A stretch of 64,000 nucleotides of DNA from the human T2T-CHM13v2.0 reference genome, Homo sapiens. Of this stretch, positions 1-14,703 are shown in pieces. Every line of letters starts with the position of its first letter. The stretch's first letter is position 1. Position numbers and translations under genes: made by a program. The stretch lies in NCBI RefSeq assembly GCF_009914755.1, contig NC_060941.1; one strand, written 5' to 3'. Below the pieces are notes generated by a model. The model saw only the letters and a list, made by a program, of their open reading frames with translations, did not search any database and was not told the origin of the DNA.

Positions 1-278
1 CGTTCTGTGCTCAATTTGTAAGACTAGCAAAATGTATAATATCTAAGGAAAATTGTAAAATATATCCATTATACTTTATCTTTTTTTGAAAAATATAGCA
101 ACGATTTAAGTAGAGGGATGAAACATTATAATGACACACTACAGTCGTATTACAAAGTTCAGACAAGGCTTTTGGGTCTGCTATCAAAGTTTTAACTTAT
201 CAGCTATTTTACAAGAATCAATATACCTCAGGATCTGGTTCTCTTGACTTCAAACATTATATGATCACAATGACTAAG

Positions 279-809
279 AGCAATCCCATTACTGGGTATA
301 TACCCAAAGGATTATAAATCATGCTACTATAAAGACACATGCACATGTATGTTTACTGCGGCACTATTCACAATAGCAAAGACTTGGAACCAACCCAAAT
401 GTCCATCAATGTTAGACTGGATTAAGAAAATGTGGCACATATACACCATGGAATACTATGCAGCCATAAAAAAGGATGAGTTCATGTCCTTTGCAGGGAC
501 GTGGATGAAGCTGGAAACCATCATTCTCAGCAAACTATCACAAGGACAGAAAACCAAACACTGCATGTTCTCACTCATAGGTGGTAATTGAACAATGAGA
601 ACTCTTGGACACAGGGTGGGGAACATCACATACTGGGGTCTGTAATGGCATGAGGGGATGGGGGAGGGATAGCATTAGGAGAAATACTGAATGTAAATGA
701 AGAGTTGATGGGTGCAGCAAACCAGCATGGCACATGTATACCTATGTAACAAACCTGCACGTTGTACACATGTACCCTAGAACTTAAAGTATAATAGTAA
801 TAATAAAAA
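279..809 (+). mobile_element. L1PA 3' end fragment (ORF2 C-terminus, 3'UTR, short A-rich tail)
   Basis: ORF 349-591 reads MFTAALFTIAKTWNQPKCPS...MFSLIGGN, the L1 ORF2p C-terminus; G-rich 3'UTR ending ACTTAAAGTATAAT..AATAAAAA. Confidence 0.95.
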
Positions 810-2619
810 GAACACCTTAGTTTTAATCAAATCATAAAGACTATGGGTCTAGCAAATGCCTGGTGCAACTAGAAAAGGCAGCATAAATTGAAGTCCCAGA
901 CTTTCCTTGAGACATAGGCTGCTTTTGAACACTATGTTGATCTCAGCTTGGGAACTGAAAATCACTTGTAAGGAATTCAATTCAATTTCTTTAATCTTTG
1001 AACTCATGAAATTAATGCAGGTGAGGTTATTTGTTTTCAGTGAGCCATTTAATATAACGAAGGAGGGTTTTTGTAATCCCTAATTAATTTTTGCCCTCAA
1101 CCCACCAATTGATTAATAACCCAGGGGAGTGAACAGTCAGCCACCTGCCCCTCCCAAATAAGTGCTACTGCCATTAGGAATGTCACATTCAAAATCACCG
1201 TTGTTAAAATAATAACAAATTTGAGTAAAAGGTGATGGCATTAATGAGTCAAACGAATTTCAATTCTTACTGATTAATTGGTAAAATTTATATCATCATA
1301 AGCCCTGCAAATCTACCTTAAATAAATGTAGAAATGGAGAAATGAGCTATGGTTTTTATTGAGACTACGTCTACTATCCAAACAAATGTTTTTTTTGGGG
1401 GGATGGGGGGTGAGCATAATATAATATAGAACTGTGCAAGATGACTGGCTGCTATATTTAACTCAGATAAACACATAACAAATCATTATTCTGTAGTGAG
1501 AAGGCACACCTCATAGGCTCCTTTTTCTTTTTTTTTTCTGTCTTTTTTTTCTTTCCTCGGGGCCTGGATATAAGACCACAGCCATCTAAATAATCCTCCA
1601 GAAATAAACCAATGAAATTGTGAGTCTGACAACAGACACAGTATTATACCTGCAGCTGGTAAATGTTTCCATAGTCCAACCACCTTTCCAGTAAAAATTT
1701 TGTCCCCGGGGGAAAGTCAGCAGCAGCTAAGATTTTAACTACTTTTCTGCAACAGAAAAGTTTGGAGCAATTGAGCCTTTATAAATTTTAATATTTATGA
1801 CTTTTATTTTTCTTAGGGAATTACCCACCCATCAAGTATATTGTGAAAATACTACTACTGTATTACTAAATTCCCATAAATAAATTCTTTTGAAAAATCT
1901 GGATGATTAACTATGAGGCTGCCTCGTAAGAAAATAAATAATTCCAAAATCATTTTGTTATTTTCCATAATTTGCTATGTTCATAATTAGTGAATGTGTA
2001 TTTCAATTAAAGGAATATTAGAGGCTAGAAAATTTGTAAAAGTTAGGCCAGTTACCTGGAGTGTGAACCTCCACTGATTGGCCTGCTCTGTTTTGATAGC
2101 ACCCCTAAATGTTGGAATGTTTGACTTTTGCATCCTACCTGTTCTCTCCTCTGTAGAAAAAGTATTTACTTCTATACAATCTTTCAGCCCATGAACATAT
2201 TTCCAATAGATACTACGCTACTACGGGGGATATAACATAGTGAACTTAGTCTTTGCTATCAAGGAATCTAAAATGAAATTGAAAAGAAAGGGCAAAACAT
2301 GAAATAGCAAGCCACCCAGAGTTTTGGTGAGAATATGAACAGTTACAACTGTTAAAATTTGCATTATTTGTCAAAATATGAAATTCATGAATGCTTTTAC
2401 CTAACATGCTAGTCCCGTGAATCTAATGCATATGCATGTGTGTGTGACAAAGATATGTGTGTGTTTGTGGGGAGGTATGTATAGGTGTGTACACACACAC
2501 ACACATATATACATATATATATGTGTATATATATAAAATGATGTCCACCAACACATTATCTGTAATAGTAACAAATAGCAATATGTGAAAGGAGTAGTCA
2601 AAGGAAAATAAATTGTAAT

Positions 2620-3080
2620 CTTTTCTTATCCTGAGTTCTCTCAAGAAACACAGCCTGAGGGGCTGCATTGCTTGCAGGTTTATTTTGGGAATTGATTGCA
2701 ATTGATGAGAGTAGAAGCATGAGAATAGTGTGACAGAAAAAGAGTGACCGCCAATCCTGACACATGATATTGATCTTGCCATTTCCAGGGCAATTGTATA
2801 TCAATCTTGCTTGGGGACCTTCTGAAAAAATGAGTAGACTTTCCTTTGACAGTGTTTCTTAAGGGCTGGAATCTGATCTTTTGTGCCTCCAATACTCATG
2901 AGTTGCTCTATGGAACTGTTTCCTTTCACCTTCAAGATTCTCATCTGTAAGAATCTCTGAGCAGTTGCCACAGGCTTCCCAGATGGTGCCCAAGAAACAG
3001 AAGGACAGAAAGGAGAAGGCAGGCAGTTCTACTGAGATGAGGGGCTGCCAGAGTCCACCGAGACCATCACAAAAGTGGAG
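2620..3080. mobile_element. Old MaLR LTR fragment (MLT1-like)
   Basis: AAACACAGCCTGAG...GCAGGTTTATTTTGGGAA resembles MLT1H-L motifs; diverged. Confidence 0.5.
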
Positions 3081-3109
3081 TGAGCTTTGTTACAGCTGCA
3101 TCCCAGAAA

Positions 3110-4358
3110 TGCTTTATGTTCATTTTAATTTTCACTGAACTAAATATTCACTTGTCATTTGATTTTGACCCATCAGTTTTTCAGATGCAATGTTACTCAA
3201 CTTCCAAACATTAAAGATTTCCCAGATATCTTTCTGTTACTGATTTTTAGCTCAATTCCATTTTGGATAGAAAACATACTTTGCGTAGTTTCAACAGTTT
3301 TAAATTGTTGAGTTTGTTTAATGGCAAAAAACATGACCTATCATGGTGAATTCTCCATGTGTGCTTGAATGTGTTCTGTGTTGTTGGGCAGTGTTCGCTA
3401 TCAGTTAGGCTAAATTGGGTGACAGTCTGATTCAGGTCTTCTATTATTTCATAGGTTATCTGTCTACTTTATTATTAAATACTGAGAGAGAAATGTTTAA
3501 GTTTCCAATCATAATTGTGGATTTGTCTCTTTCTCCTGCTCTATCCATTTTTGTTCAATGTATTTTGATGTCCTGTTTTAAGGTGCATACATATTTAAAT
3601 TATATCTTTGGTGAACTAACCTTGTTATCATTTTGTAATGTCCCTCATTATTTCTGGTAATATTCCTTTTATCCAGTCTAATTTATCTGATATGAATATA
3701 GTAATTCCACCTTTTTTGTTTTTTGTTTATGATGTGGTTCCTTTTACTTTAGTCACTCTAAGGTTTTACATTTCTAATGTTTTTTTTGTAGACAATATAT
3801 AGTTGGATCTTGCCTTTTGTTTATGTAATTTCATCATGTCTATATTTTCATTCATTCTTTTAAAATAATTATTGGTTATTATCTCTTTAAATTTTCCCTC
3901 TTCTCTCTCTTCTGAAGGAACTTCAATTACACGTAGGTTGGGCCATTTGATATTGTCCCACAGCTCTTAAATGATCTGTGTAGTTTTTCCCATTCTTTTT
4001 ACTTCCTGTTTCTTTTTGTGTTATTTCTATTTATCTATCTTCAGATTCATGTATTCTTTCCCGGGATGTATCAAGTTTACTAGTGAATATGCCTAAAGAA
4101 TTCGTCCTCTCTTATATTGTTATTTTTGGTTTGTTTTTCATTTTGGCTTCTTCAATGTATTCTTTCTTAAAGCTTGCCTCTCTCTGCTGAAATTCCCATC
4201 TGTTCATGCATTTGTGTCTAGCTTTTTATAATATAGCAGCATAATTATATTAATCATACATATTTTAAAATATTTCTCTGGCTGTTCAACCGTCTGTGTC
4301 AATTTTCATTCTGGTTCTGCTGATTGTTTTATCTTTTACAATGCGTTTTCTAAAGTGA

Positions 4359-4390
<32 letters not shown>

Positions 4391-4480
4391 CTCATAATTT
4401 TTAATTAATTGTAACACAATAGGCATAGAACGGTAGAACATAATAGTATATATTGTGTGGTTTACACAGTATTTAAACGT
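3110..4480 (-). mobile_element. Ancient L1 (L1M-type) fragment, antisense
   Basis: T-rich sequence with L1M-like motifs (TTTCCCAGATATCTTTCTGTTACTGATTT, ATAATTGTGGATTTGTC, TATAGTTGGATCTTG). Confidence 0.7.
4359..4390. repeat. (GT)n microsatellite
   Basis: Direct reading of the GT run. Confidence 0.9.
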
Positions 4481-4605
4481 GGAAATGCATGCTCCTTGTT
4501 TACTTGCTTATCGGGCTATACTTATTAAGGAGGGGAAAGTAGGAGTCAATTTAATAAGGAGTATGGCTAAGTTTGAGTTTTAATGTTATTGTGGTTGCCT
4601 TATTT

Positions 4606-4843
4606 CAGAGTTTTAGAACCTTGGTGTCACTGACATTTTTGTCTGGAGAATTCTTTCTTTGTTGGTGATGGTGGTGGCAGTGGTCATGGTAGTCCTGTGT
4701 ACTATAGAAGGTTCTGCAGTATCCCTGGCCTCTATCCACTCAATGCCGGTAGCACTTTCCCATTCCCAGGTGTGCCAATTAAAAGGATCTCCAAATATTG
4801 TCAAAATTTCCCTGTGAGTCAAATTGCCCTCATTTGAAAACCA
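4606..4843 (-). mobile_element. MER20 hAT-Charlie DNA transposon fossil
   Basis: Reverse complement follows MER20 (TGCTACCGGCATTGAGTGGATAGAGGCCAGGGATACTGC...CAAAAATGTCAGTG). Confidence 0.85.
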
Positions 4844-5415
4844 AAAGCTTCAAATCCTCTAAAAATGCCCTGTTTTTGTAATAGTATGTTTAGAGGGATT
4901 TTCCTCAATGTTCATGCCCCACCCAAGGCTGTCAGCTGGTCTGGTGTATGTGAGTCACAATCTTGTCTCTCCTCCAACACTACTTGACATTTCTAGTGTT
5001 AGGGGCAGAGGCACTTGCTCTGTTTTCTTGGTCTTAGTTAGACTCTGTGAACTCAGGCACCAGGAATGAGTCCTTCCCAGGAACCCTCTTTTTCTCTTCA
5101 TGGCTCCTAAATTCTGCCTTATGTCTATGGAGGGTTTTTGTGGGAAATCATTTCCTGACCCTGCTCCAGCAGTCTCAGAATTCTGAAGGTATTTGTATAA
5201 GATCCTGGGTTATAAAATGTTTCCTTCTTGTCCTATCCCCCACTCCTAAGGTGGAGGAGAGTTTTTCTTTTATCTTTCCTCCCCTCCCACTCCCCCAAAA
5301 AGGAAACAACACAAAAATGAGTTCTACATGTGCTTTGGAAGTGGGAGTATGACAAGATTTACTATACTTCCCCCAATGGCTGAAGGAAAGGTGCTAATTA
5401 AGAGAGAAGTTTTAT

Positions 5416-5731
5416 AATGTGATACATATACACCATGGAATACTATGTGGCCATAAAAAGGAACGAGATTATGTCCCTCATAGGGACGTGGATGGATCTG
5501 GAAGCCATTAACCTTGGCAAACTAACACAGGAACAGAAAACCAAGAACCACATGTTCTCACTTATAAGTGGGAGCTGAACAATGAGAACACATGGACACA
5601 GGGAGGGAAACAACACACACTGGGGCCTGTTGCGGGGAGCGAGGGTAGGGAGAGCATCAGGATAAATAGCTAATGCATATGGGGCTTAATACCTAGGTGA
5701 TGGGTTGATAGGTACAGCAAACCACCATGAC
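5416..5731 (+). mobile_element. Older L1PA/L1PB 3' fragment
   Basis: ATACACCATGGAATACTATG...GGAACAGAAAACCAA...GCTTAATACCTAGGTGATGGGTTGATAGG, typical of the older L1P ORF2 end and 3'UTR. Confidence 0.9.
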
Positions 5732-5737
5732 TCTGAC

Positions 5738-5822
5738 AAAAGAAAGAAAGGAAGGAAAGGAAGGAAGGAAGGACAGACGGACGGACGGAAGGAAGGAAGG
5801 AGGGAGGGAGGGAGGGAAGAAA
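5738..5822 (+). repeat. Purine-rich (GGAA/GGAC/GGGA)n low-complexity tract
   Basis: Direct reading. Confidence 0.9.
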
Positions 5823-5949
5823 ATTCATGATTTTGATTTTTATTATCTTTAATATTTTTATTGTTAAAATGAGTATGACACTTTCCAGTCTTCTATGTCC
5901 TAGGCAGAAACAGAAATCAAATATTGCTCTTGGTGTACGACCTTGGCAA

Positions 5950-6720
5950 GCAGCAGTAAGTGTAGTTCTAGAAACTTACATAAGGTCTCCCCAACAGGCC
6001 AAGGCACCGAGGTGTAGATTTGGCCAACTCTTAAATATGTAAATGGTAATTGCATTATGCAGAAGTTAAACATCTCTTTAGCTGATTTTGCAATTAGTGT
6101 TAAATTAGTGATTAGTTAAGAATAGCCTTTCATTGTTCTTCTCCAGTGCATTGATGGTGCACAGAAATAACCACTGGATTGTATTTTTCTTGTAAATATT
6201 ACTTCCCCCAACTTCTCAATTGTTTGAGATGCTGCCCCAATTAGTGCTTTCCCTTCCATTAATATTCCATCAAGTATTCTTTAAGCCCTTGGGTAGTGGT
6301 GCTGGCAGAGGTATTACGGGCAGAGAAGGAAAGCCAACATCCAGCCAATTCTGGTAAAAATGGATCACAGCCTCACAGCAGTGTAGAAGGAGTCTAATAT
6401 AATCAATCTTCCACCAAATAGCTGGCTGGTCTCTTCTAGAGCATAGTATCATCAAGAGTTCTTCATAGGCCTCTGCTGCCTATAATTTGGGCATTCCATG
6501 ATGAAGTCTTCTCCATTAGGTTTAATTAAAGGGAGCCCATGCTGTTTGGCTTAGGACTAGTCCCGTATGGCCATCTTGTTCATGGTCCTACTGAACAAGC
6601 AGAGGAGTGGCCATGGAGCCATATGCCTGGCCTTATACTCCAGCTGGATAATCGGGTACTTTCCTATTGAGTCCTACAAATGCAACAATTGAAACAGGCA
6701 GATTGTTGCTGACAGCACGT
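5950..6720 (-). mobile_element. Possible highly decayed ERV-L-class internal (pol) remnant
   Basis: Reverse complement of ~6170-6260 loosely resembles the ERV-L GxAQQxSIxKWKWYI region; no intact ORF. Confidence 0.35.
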
Positions 6721-8708
6721 ATTTCCCCCCTCCGTCTTCATTCAGGGTTCACCTATAGCCTCTTTCAGGTGTGATTTTTTGCCCTCTGAAAGCTGACTTA
6801 TTGGGAAGGATGCTCTTCTAAAGTGTCTAGGCCCACACTTCTGTGCTAATTACTCATCTGGAACCCAGATTTATGCTTCAGGCAACCATCAGAAGGGGGT
6901 GCTATGAAATTCTATAAATGACTCTGTGAGAATCATGTTGATATAAATTTGCTGACAATCTTGATTTCTGATCTATAGGTTTCCTTACTCTCCCAACCTA
7001 GAGTATATTTGAGTTCATTTGCAAAGATAGTTTGCTCAGATTCTTATTATAAGAAATGATTTTTTCTGCATAGATTCTTAGATATTGTCTCTTATCTAAA
7101 CATAACTAAATAAAATTAATCTATGAAAACAGGTTAATAAGAAAACATATTAAGTAAGAGAAAAAAATATATATACATAGTACATGTACCAACTGCTTTG
7201 TCTAGGCCCTGATCCATTACAGAAAATATAAAAAGAACTTAGGACAACTAAGTGTATTGGTAAATTTTAAGAAAATCTCATTCTGCTATCAAAAATGTAA
7301 CACAACATATTATACTCATATGATCATGTAGTTTATAAAACACTAAAAAGTATTATGCTTTAGTAATTTTCTTTCAAAAAGGATATGAAATTAAAGGATA
7401 ACATATAATATCTCATGAACTATATCTCTAAAACATGTCAATTGATGATTTCTTATCAAATAAAATCTTTGACCAGTTGACTGCTTTACCCTCACAAGTG
7501 AATTTTTTCTAGGTGACAAACGCCCAGCAAATTGATTATAGAGAAATGCATGCTTATTATGATAACTCAGTAATTAAAATATGCCCTCGATGCTTAAAGA
7601 CAAAGCTATTAACTATCACTCTTCTCCACTTCACCCACACAGTGTTTAAAATCACAGGATCATGGAATAACTAACAAAATCATTTTAAGGGTCTAGAACC
7701 ATCCATCCTAATAAGCATTAATTTACTACTGAAGATACTTTGTTGAAGCAGTAAGAATATTTGCCAAAAAAATATTTTAAGCTTTCTGTTGTCATTGTTA
7801 ACATTTATTTCATTTTTGTCATGTGGTCACAGTTTCCTTTTGACACGTCTTAGATAAGAGCTATCCACTTGCCTATAAATGTTGACATGGCATAAGTGAG
7901 AGGTAAGTGAAGACTTTTCAGACTGCTTCTGTGAGGTTGAAGCCATTAGTGAGAGTGTATAAAATGTTCAAAATATTGCCCTAGAGGTTTATATTTTTTA
8001 CATGCTTTCATTATAACTATTTCAATGTTTTAAATAAATAAATATCACCAGTCTGATCACTATTGTTTTATGGTAAACTAAAAACATACCTATTGTGAAC
8101 ACACTTAATTTGTTATATATAGGCAGCAAAACAAGTATAAATGAAAGATGGCTTTCATTATCTTAATCCTCACCTTTTGCAGCTTCAAATACATTTTAGA
8201 AAAAAAAGTAAAGTAAGAATAAATAAATAATAAAGTAATTTTCCTTTGGGTTTTGGGAAAAGATGGACTTTCGTTAAATTCACATTTTGCACTTTCTCAA
8301 GTTTCTTCTTATGTCTGTTTACATATTTGTGTGATGGCTGACTAGGGCTTAGAGGTAACATATTTAACTATGGAAAATTTTTCTCTGCACATCCATATGG
8401 CCTAGTTAATACAGTTATTGAGTTAAATTTGCACACTTACTCTAGGAAAATCAAGTCTTTTTCTAAGAATTCCTTTTGCAGGCATGTTTCTGTGTCCTGT
8501 AGACACAGAAAAATATAATTTGGAGCTGGTGCAAGCCTACTGAATAACTTCATATGGGACCTGTCATACCTTGGAAACTTTGCACTCTGAGCCATGTAGG
8601 TGCGTGCATGGCCTCTGAGCTAAGTCGACAATAACCTAGGAGCTCTTCTACCCCACTGAGGTTATATTTTGCAACTGCTTCTGTATTCTCTTTGAACCCC
8701 ATGCTATG

Positions 8709-9079
8709 TGTATTTGTCTGTTTTCACACTGCTATAAAGAAACACCTAGGACTGGGTCATTTATAAAGAAAAGAGGTTTACTTGACTCACACTTTTGAAT
8801 GTCTGGGGAGACTTGGGGAAACTTACAATCATGGTGGAAGGGGAAGCAGGCACATCTTACATGGAGGCAGGTGAGAGAGAAGTGCAAGCAGTGAAATGAC
8901 AAATGCTTTTAAAACCATTAGCTCTCGTGAGAACTCACTCACTATCATGAGAACAGCATGGAGGACACCAGCCCTAAGATACAATCAGCTCCCGCCAAGT
9001 CTCTCCCTTGACACAGGAAGAGAATGGGAATTAAAATAAGAGATGAGATTTGAGTGGGACACAGAGCCAAACTGTATCA
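8709..9079 (-). mobile_element. MaLR solo LTR (THE1D/MSTA-like)
   Basis: TGTATTTGTCTGTTTTCACACTGCTATAAAGAA ... GAGAACTCACTCACTATCATGAGAACAGCATGG ... CAGAGCCAAACTGTATCA. Confidence 0.9.
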
Positions 9080-9643
9080 TCATCAAATGCTCAACTAAAA
9101 GCCTTCAGCCTGCTGGTGTTGGTTGTCTCAAAGACTATTGTCACCAACATTGTCAATAGGAATGCCAGAAACCCACAGACAATGCTGCTGTTGTTGATGA
9201 CCTTGCCCAGACTTCATAGTTCGTAGCCTAAGTCCTGGAAGTCCCAGAGAGATATGACCTGGTCTGGTCAAGATCCCTACATTTCTCATGATCACTTAAA
9301 ACTCCCCACTAAGAGTAAGCCAGGCATTGGAACCATGAGAAGTAAGAGTGTGTGAGAAAACTCCCTTTGCCCACTAGGTGGCTTTACCACAGGAAACTAC
9401 CTTTCACCAAGTGGTGTGCTGCATTATGATGTATCTCTTTCCGTAGTCACATACACACAGTCATATTCCTTGAGGAGCAGTGATTAGAAGGACAGGGTGC
9501 ATGTGCAACAGCTGATTGTCTTGGGTTGGGCACTTCACCCAAGCTTGGCCAATGACATTCTTTCTTTGGCAGTATTTTGGAATGAAACAAAAATTATCAG
9601 GGAAGCTTCCTCCAGTTAAGAAGGTTCCCAAACGATGAGGTGT

Positions 9644-10102
9644 TGTATTAGTCCAGAGACTCAGTTCTCCAGAGAAATAGATCTGTTCTAACCAATAGGA
9701 GATACACACATAAAATACATATAAAATGAGGATTTGGCTTATGTGGTTATGAGGCTGCTACATTCCGAGGTCTGCAGTTGACAAGCTAGAGGCCCGGGAG
9801 AGCTGATAGTGTAGCTCCAGTTTGAATCTGTGTCCAAAGCAAAAGAAGACCAATCTGTTCCAACTCAAAGACAGTAAAGAGAGAGAGAAAATTCTCCTTG
9901 GTTCAACCTTTTGGTTCTAGTCAAGCTTGATTAGATTGGATGAGGTCCACTCACATTGGGTAGGACAATCTGCTGTATTCAGTCTACTGGTTCAAATGTT
10001 AATCGCATCTAGAAAGACCCTTAGAGACGCATCCAGAATAATGTTTAACTAAATATCTGGACTCCTGTGACCCAGTCAAGCTGACACAAATTAACCATCA
10101 CA
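9644..10102 (-). mobile_element. MLT2-family (ERV-L) solo LTR, older subfamily
   Basis: TGTATTAGTCC...TTCTCCAGAGAAA start and CCAGTCAAGCTGACACAAATTAACCATCACA end, the reverse complement of the MLT2 TGTGATGGTTAAT terminus. Confidence 0.85.
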
Positions 10103-11488
10103 AGTATCAACAGTTGAGGTATTATCCGTGATAATTTACTTCATGAAGAGAAAGGTATTCTGTTGTGAGATGACAGGATGACGCTGCCACACTTCATAGA
10201 GAAAAGCAGAAAACCATGGAAGAGAAAATTCCCTGGAGGCATGCACACCTTGTTGCTAGATGTTTCAGGGACACACCTGTTTTCTTACTTTTCCCAGGGC
10301 TGGGTTGACTTAAGAAATATTATAGGGACCTGTAATTAAATTCCCATATTTTCTTTAGTTTCAATTCAAACTTGGTTTCAACGATTAGACACTAAAGCTA
10401 TAAGCTAATACATGTGACTAAGTTTGATTAAAAGATGACTCAATGAGGAGACAAGCAGGCTGGGTTCTATCCTGTGTGTGCTACAGATTGTCTGAGCTCA
10501 GAGAAGTCACTTACCCTTTTAAAACTTCAAGTATCTCATCTATTACTCACTATCAAACAAATACATATTGAACACATATTCTGTGCCAGACACTGTGGTA
10601 ACACCAGGTTTGCAGTGAGAAAAAAACAAACACGATCATAATTTATAAAAGGTGCAGCTAGAATTTGACCCCAGGACTCTCTGCCTCTAATGCTTCTCAA
10701 CACTCTAATACATTTAAAGCCCCATATTTTTCCACTATATCCAGCTTTTTATATACAGCAAAATAATGTATTCCCCCAAATAATACAATATGTATTCAAA
10801 CATAAGTAGATATCTCAGTACCATATATATAAACAAATATAAATTATGTATACCCACATGCCATTTAAAATATGTTTCATGTTAAAATTACATTTGGGGG
10901 TCATGTTGTGAAAATAAAATAACTGTTGATTTATGAGTCTTCATAAGAGGCCGATTCTTCCTTATAATAAAAGTTATTTATGTCGTTCCTGTTAAGACGA
11001 GAAAGTTTCACCATGCGGGAGAAAGCCATTGATTTCCTTTTGGGGATCTTAAAAGTTATTTTCTACTTCCTAAGGTAGAAAGGAGACCTCTATGTACTCT
11101 GTTTTATGCATCCCATGCTTATCTTCCCTTCAAAACCCATTCAATCCCCCCATGATCTGTGCCCATGAATCTCTCCTTGGCCTCTTCCACTGCGTGATAT
11201 TACACTGCTCTAAACTAATGGAATTGATTTCCCTTTCAACAGTGGGGTGGGGGAACACCGGATGGAAGCAGATAGCAACACTCCCAGAACAGGGAAACTG
11301 GTTTGAAAAGCTTGAGGGTGAAATTGCTGCAGGGCCAGAAATAGAGAGCAGCCTTCTGAAAAAGAGAAGGTCACAGATCCAAACAAAGAATGTTTATAAT
11401 CTGTATGATTGCCAGGTTTTTTGGATAACAGTGACCCAGCAGATTGCTTATGCTGAGTCACTTATGCTATTCCTGGGAAGAGAATAGA

Positions 11489-11524
11489 TTTTTTTTTCTT
11501 TTCTTTTTTAAAATTTTCCTTTCT

Positions 11525-11557
<33 letters not shown>

Positions 11558-11839
11558 GACACAGGGTCTGGCTCTGTTGCCCAGCCTGAAGTGCAGTGGC
11601 TCAATTATGGCTCACTGCAGCCTCGACCTCCTGGGCTGAAACGATCCTCCTGCCTCAGCCTCCCAAGTAGCTGGGACCACAGGCATGAGCCACCACACCC
11701 AGCTAATTTTTTAATCTTTTGTGGAGACAGGGTCTTACTATGTTGCCTAGGCCTGTCTCAAACTCCTGGGCTCAAGCAATCCTCCCACCTCAGCCTCCCA
11801 AAACATTAGGCTTATAGACGTGAGCCATCACACCTGGCT
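11489..11839 (-). mobile_element. AluJ
   Basis: Poly-T then GACACAGGGTCTGGCTCTGTTGCCCAG; J-type CTCCTGGGCTCAAGCAATCCTCC; imperfect TSD AGAA(T/C)AGATTT. Confidence 0.95.
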
Positions 11840-12029
11840 AAGAACAGATTTGAATGTTGTCAGAATGAAGTAAACAGATAGATATATGACTACTTTATTT
11901 GAGCAGGTGAAGTTCCAGTGTGTGGAATCCTAACTTTCCCACTGATTCCTTTTTTGTTATTATTATTTTTCATTAGCATAAAATTTGTTTTGATGAATTT
12001 TCTCATGGTGTATGTATCATAAATGTGTA

Positions 12030-12500
12030 GAGTATTAGTTAATTTTGATTAATCAACTTCAAAGCTCTCAGTGTCTTACACCAACCATATTTTTCTTGGC
12101 TTATGGCAGCTGCCGCTCATTTTCTTACTCATGGGTGACCAACTATGGCTCCTCGGACTTGACTGGAAGGAGCTGGGCTTCACTACGTAGTAAAGTTGGG
12201 TTCAAGTTGACACCACAGGTTTCTACATTCTCCTTGGGCCAGTAGCATCCTTTTTTCTTCCTGGTGGATCTGAGAAGCACAAGTAGGCAAACAAAATACC
12301 AAAAATATGCTTAAAGCCTCTGTGTGTGTCTAATGTCCCCTACCATTCCACTGGCTAAAGAAAGTTACATGGGTGTACATCCAAGTCCTGCAGCAGTGTC
12401 AGGAACATTTCTCTGTACATGAGCGGGGGGTCTACAGTTATATGAGAATGTAGTTGTTACAAAGGAGTGAATAACTGACACTAATAATCCAATCCATCTC
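12030..12500. mobile_element. Old MLT1-type LTR
   Basis: GCTTAAAGCCTCTG...CCATTCCACTGGCTAAAGAAAGTTACATGG resembles MLT1 motifs. Confidence 0.55.
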
Positions 12501-12557
12501 ACAAAATTGACAATAAACAGTACCAAATGTTTCTAAGAAAAATACCATTCTTTCTGA

Positions 12558-12978
<421 letters not shown>

Positions 12979-14282
12979 TGTTTATATTTTTAAATATATT
13001 TAGGAAATGGTAATGTGCTTATATTTTGTATAAATTTGTATTCATACATATTCATCAATTTCAGATGTTATCTGTCAAATTCCTGTAATAGGAGACAAGG
13101 GTTTAACTTTGTTGTTTACTCATATGTTCCCTTCTCCCACTGTATCAATATAATATTATCACAATTTGGGGATTTAATCTGTTATCAGTGTTTATGTTAT
13201 AATTCACTGCTTACATGCTACTTTTCAAATTTCCTCACTTATTGATTTTATATTTGCTTAAATATCTTTATACCTTTGTTCTAAAAATTCCATCAAGCTC
13301 CTGTCACTAAGTTTTTCTAATATTGAAAGCACAGATACTAGCATGCTGTTAATTTCACCCCCATCCCTTAGTACACACTGAGTTTTGCCTCCTCTTTTGC
13401 ACTAGCTGCCGCGGACTCCTGGTGCAAAATTATGCTCCTTGAACTTTCTTCTGTGCTTGAGATACTCTACTAGTACTCAATATTCTACTAGTATTCAAAG
13501 TTTCCACTGAGAAGTCTAATTTCAAATTCTTAGTAGGTGATCTGTTTTATTCCTCCTCCGTACGTTTTTAGTATATCCATTTTATTTTTTGAATGTCTGA
13601 ATTACCAAACAGTGCATCTTATTGATGATTGCTTTTTTAATTAGTGGCTTTTCCAAACTGAAGACTCATTTTCAGGTTTGGGAAATTGTCTATCATTATT
13701 ATCATTATTATTATTTATTTTATCCCCTCTCTGAACCTCCTAGAGTTATTCCTATTTTCATTATTTTTTCCTCTTATTTTTCATCCATTGTATATTTGTT
13801 GTGATTTCCAGAAGATGTTTTCTCTTACTGATTGTTCTGATCGTAGTTACCATCATCTCTTGACTCGATTAATAAAATAGCCTTTGAACTCATTTTCCTG
13901 AATTTACCTTTGCTTCATTGGTGTCCAGGCACAAAACACCAAACATAGAGACCCTTTTAAATATGATGTCGGCCCAAATGTTCTCTCCTTCAGACGCGGT
14001 AATGGTTTGGATGTACAGTTCACTCAGAATGAAAGCTGACATCTTTGCAACAGTCGACAGGCCACTTCTCCATCTGGACTATGGTCAGCCCTCCGTTGTA
14101 CTCTCTGGCTTTTCTTCCTTTCTCTCAGACTGTCCTAGACACATCAGTGACTTTGCTACTTTTCTACATAGTGCTGGTCTTATGAAAATCAAACATGGGT
14201 CACACGTGAAAGCCACATGTGTGATTTTACATTTTTAGTAGCCAGTTTTTTGTTTTTTATTTAAGAAAAAAAAGACATTTTA

Positions 14283-14600
<318 letters not shown>

Positions 14601-14703
14601 CATTTATTTATAACTAATCTCTCTTTTTTTTTTTTGTCTGAGACCTCACTGTTAATTGAAAACCACTGATTGCTCATTAGTACTAAGGGTCAAGAGTTTT
14701 CAG

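Noticed and set aside
5738-5822. GGAA microsatellite as an EWSR1-FLI1 response element
   Set aside because: Only about three consecutive perfect GGAA units; interrupted
11092-11487. 131-aa ATG-initiated ORF in non-repeat DNA
   Set aside because: No recognisable domain, promoter or splice context; within the length expected by chance in 64 kb
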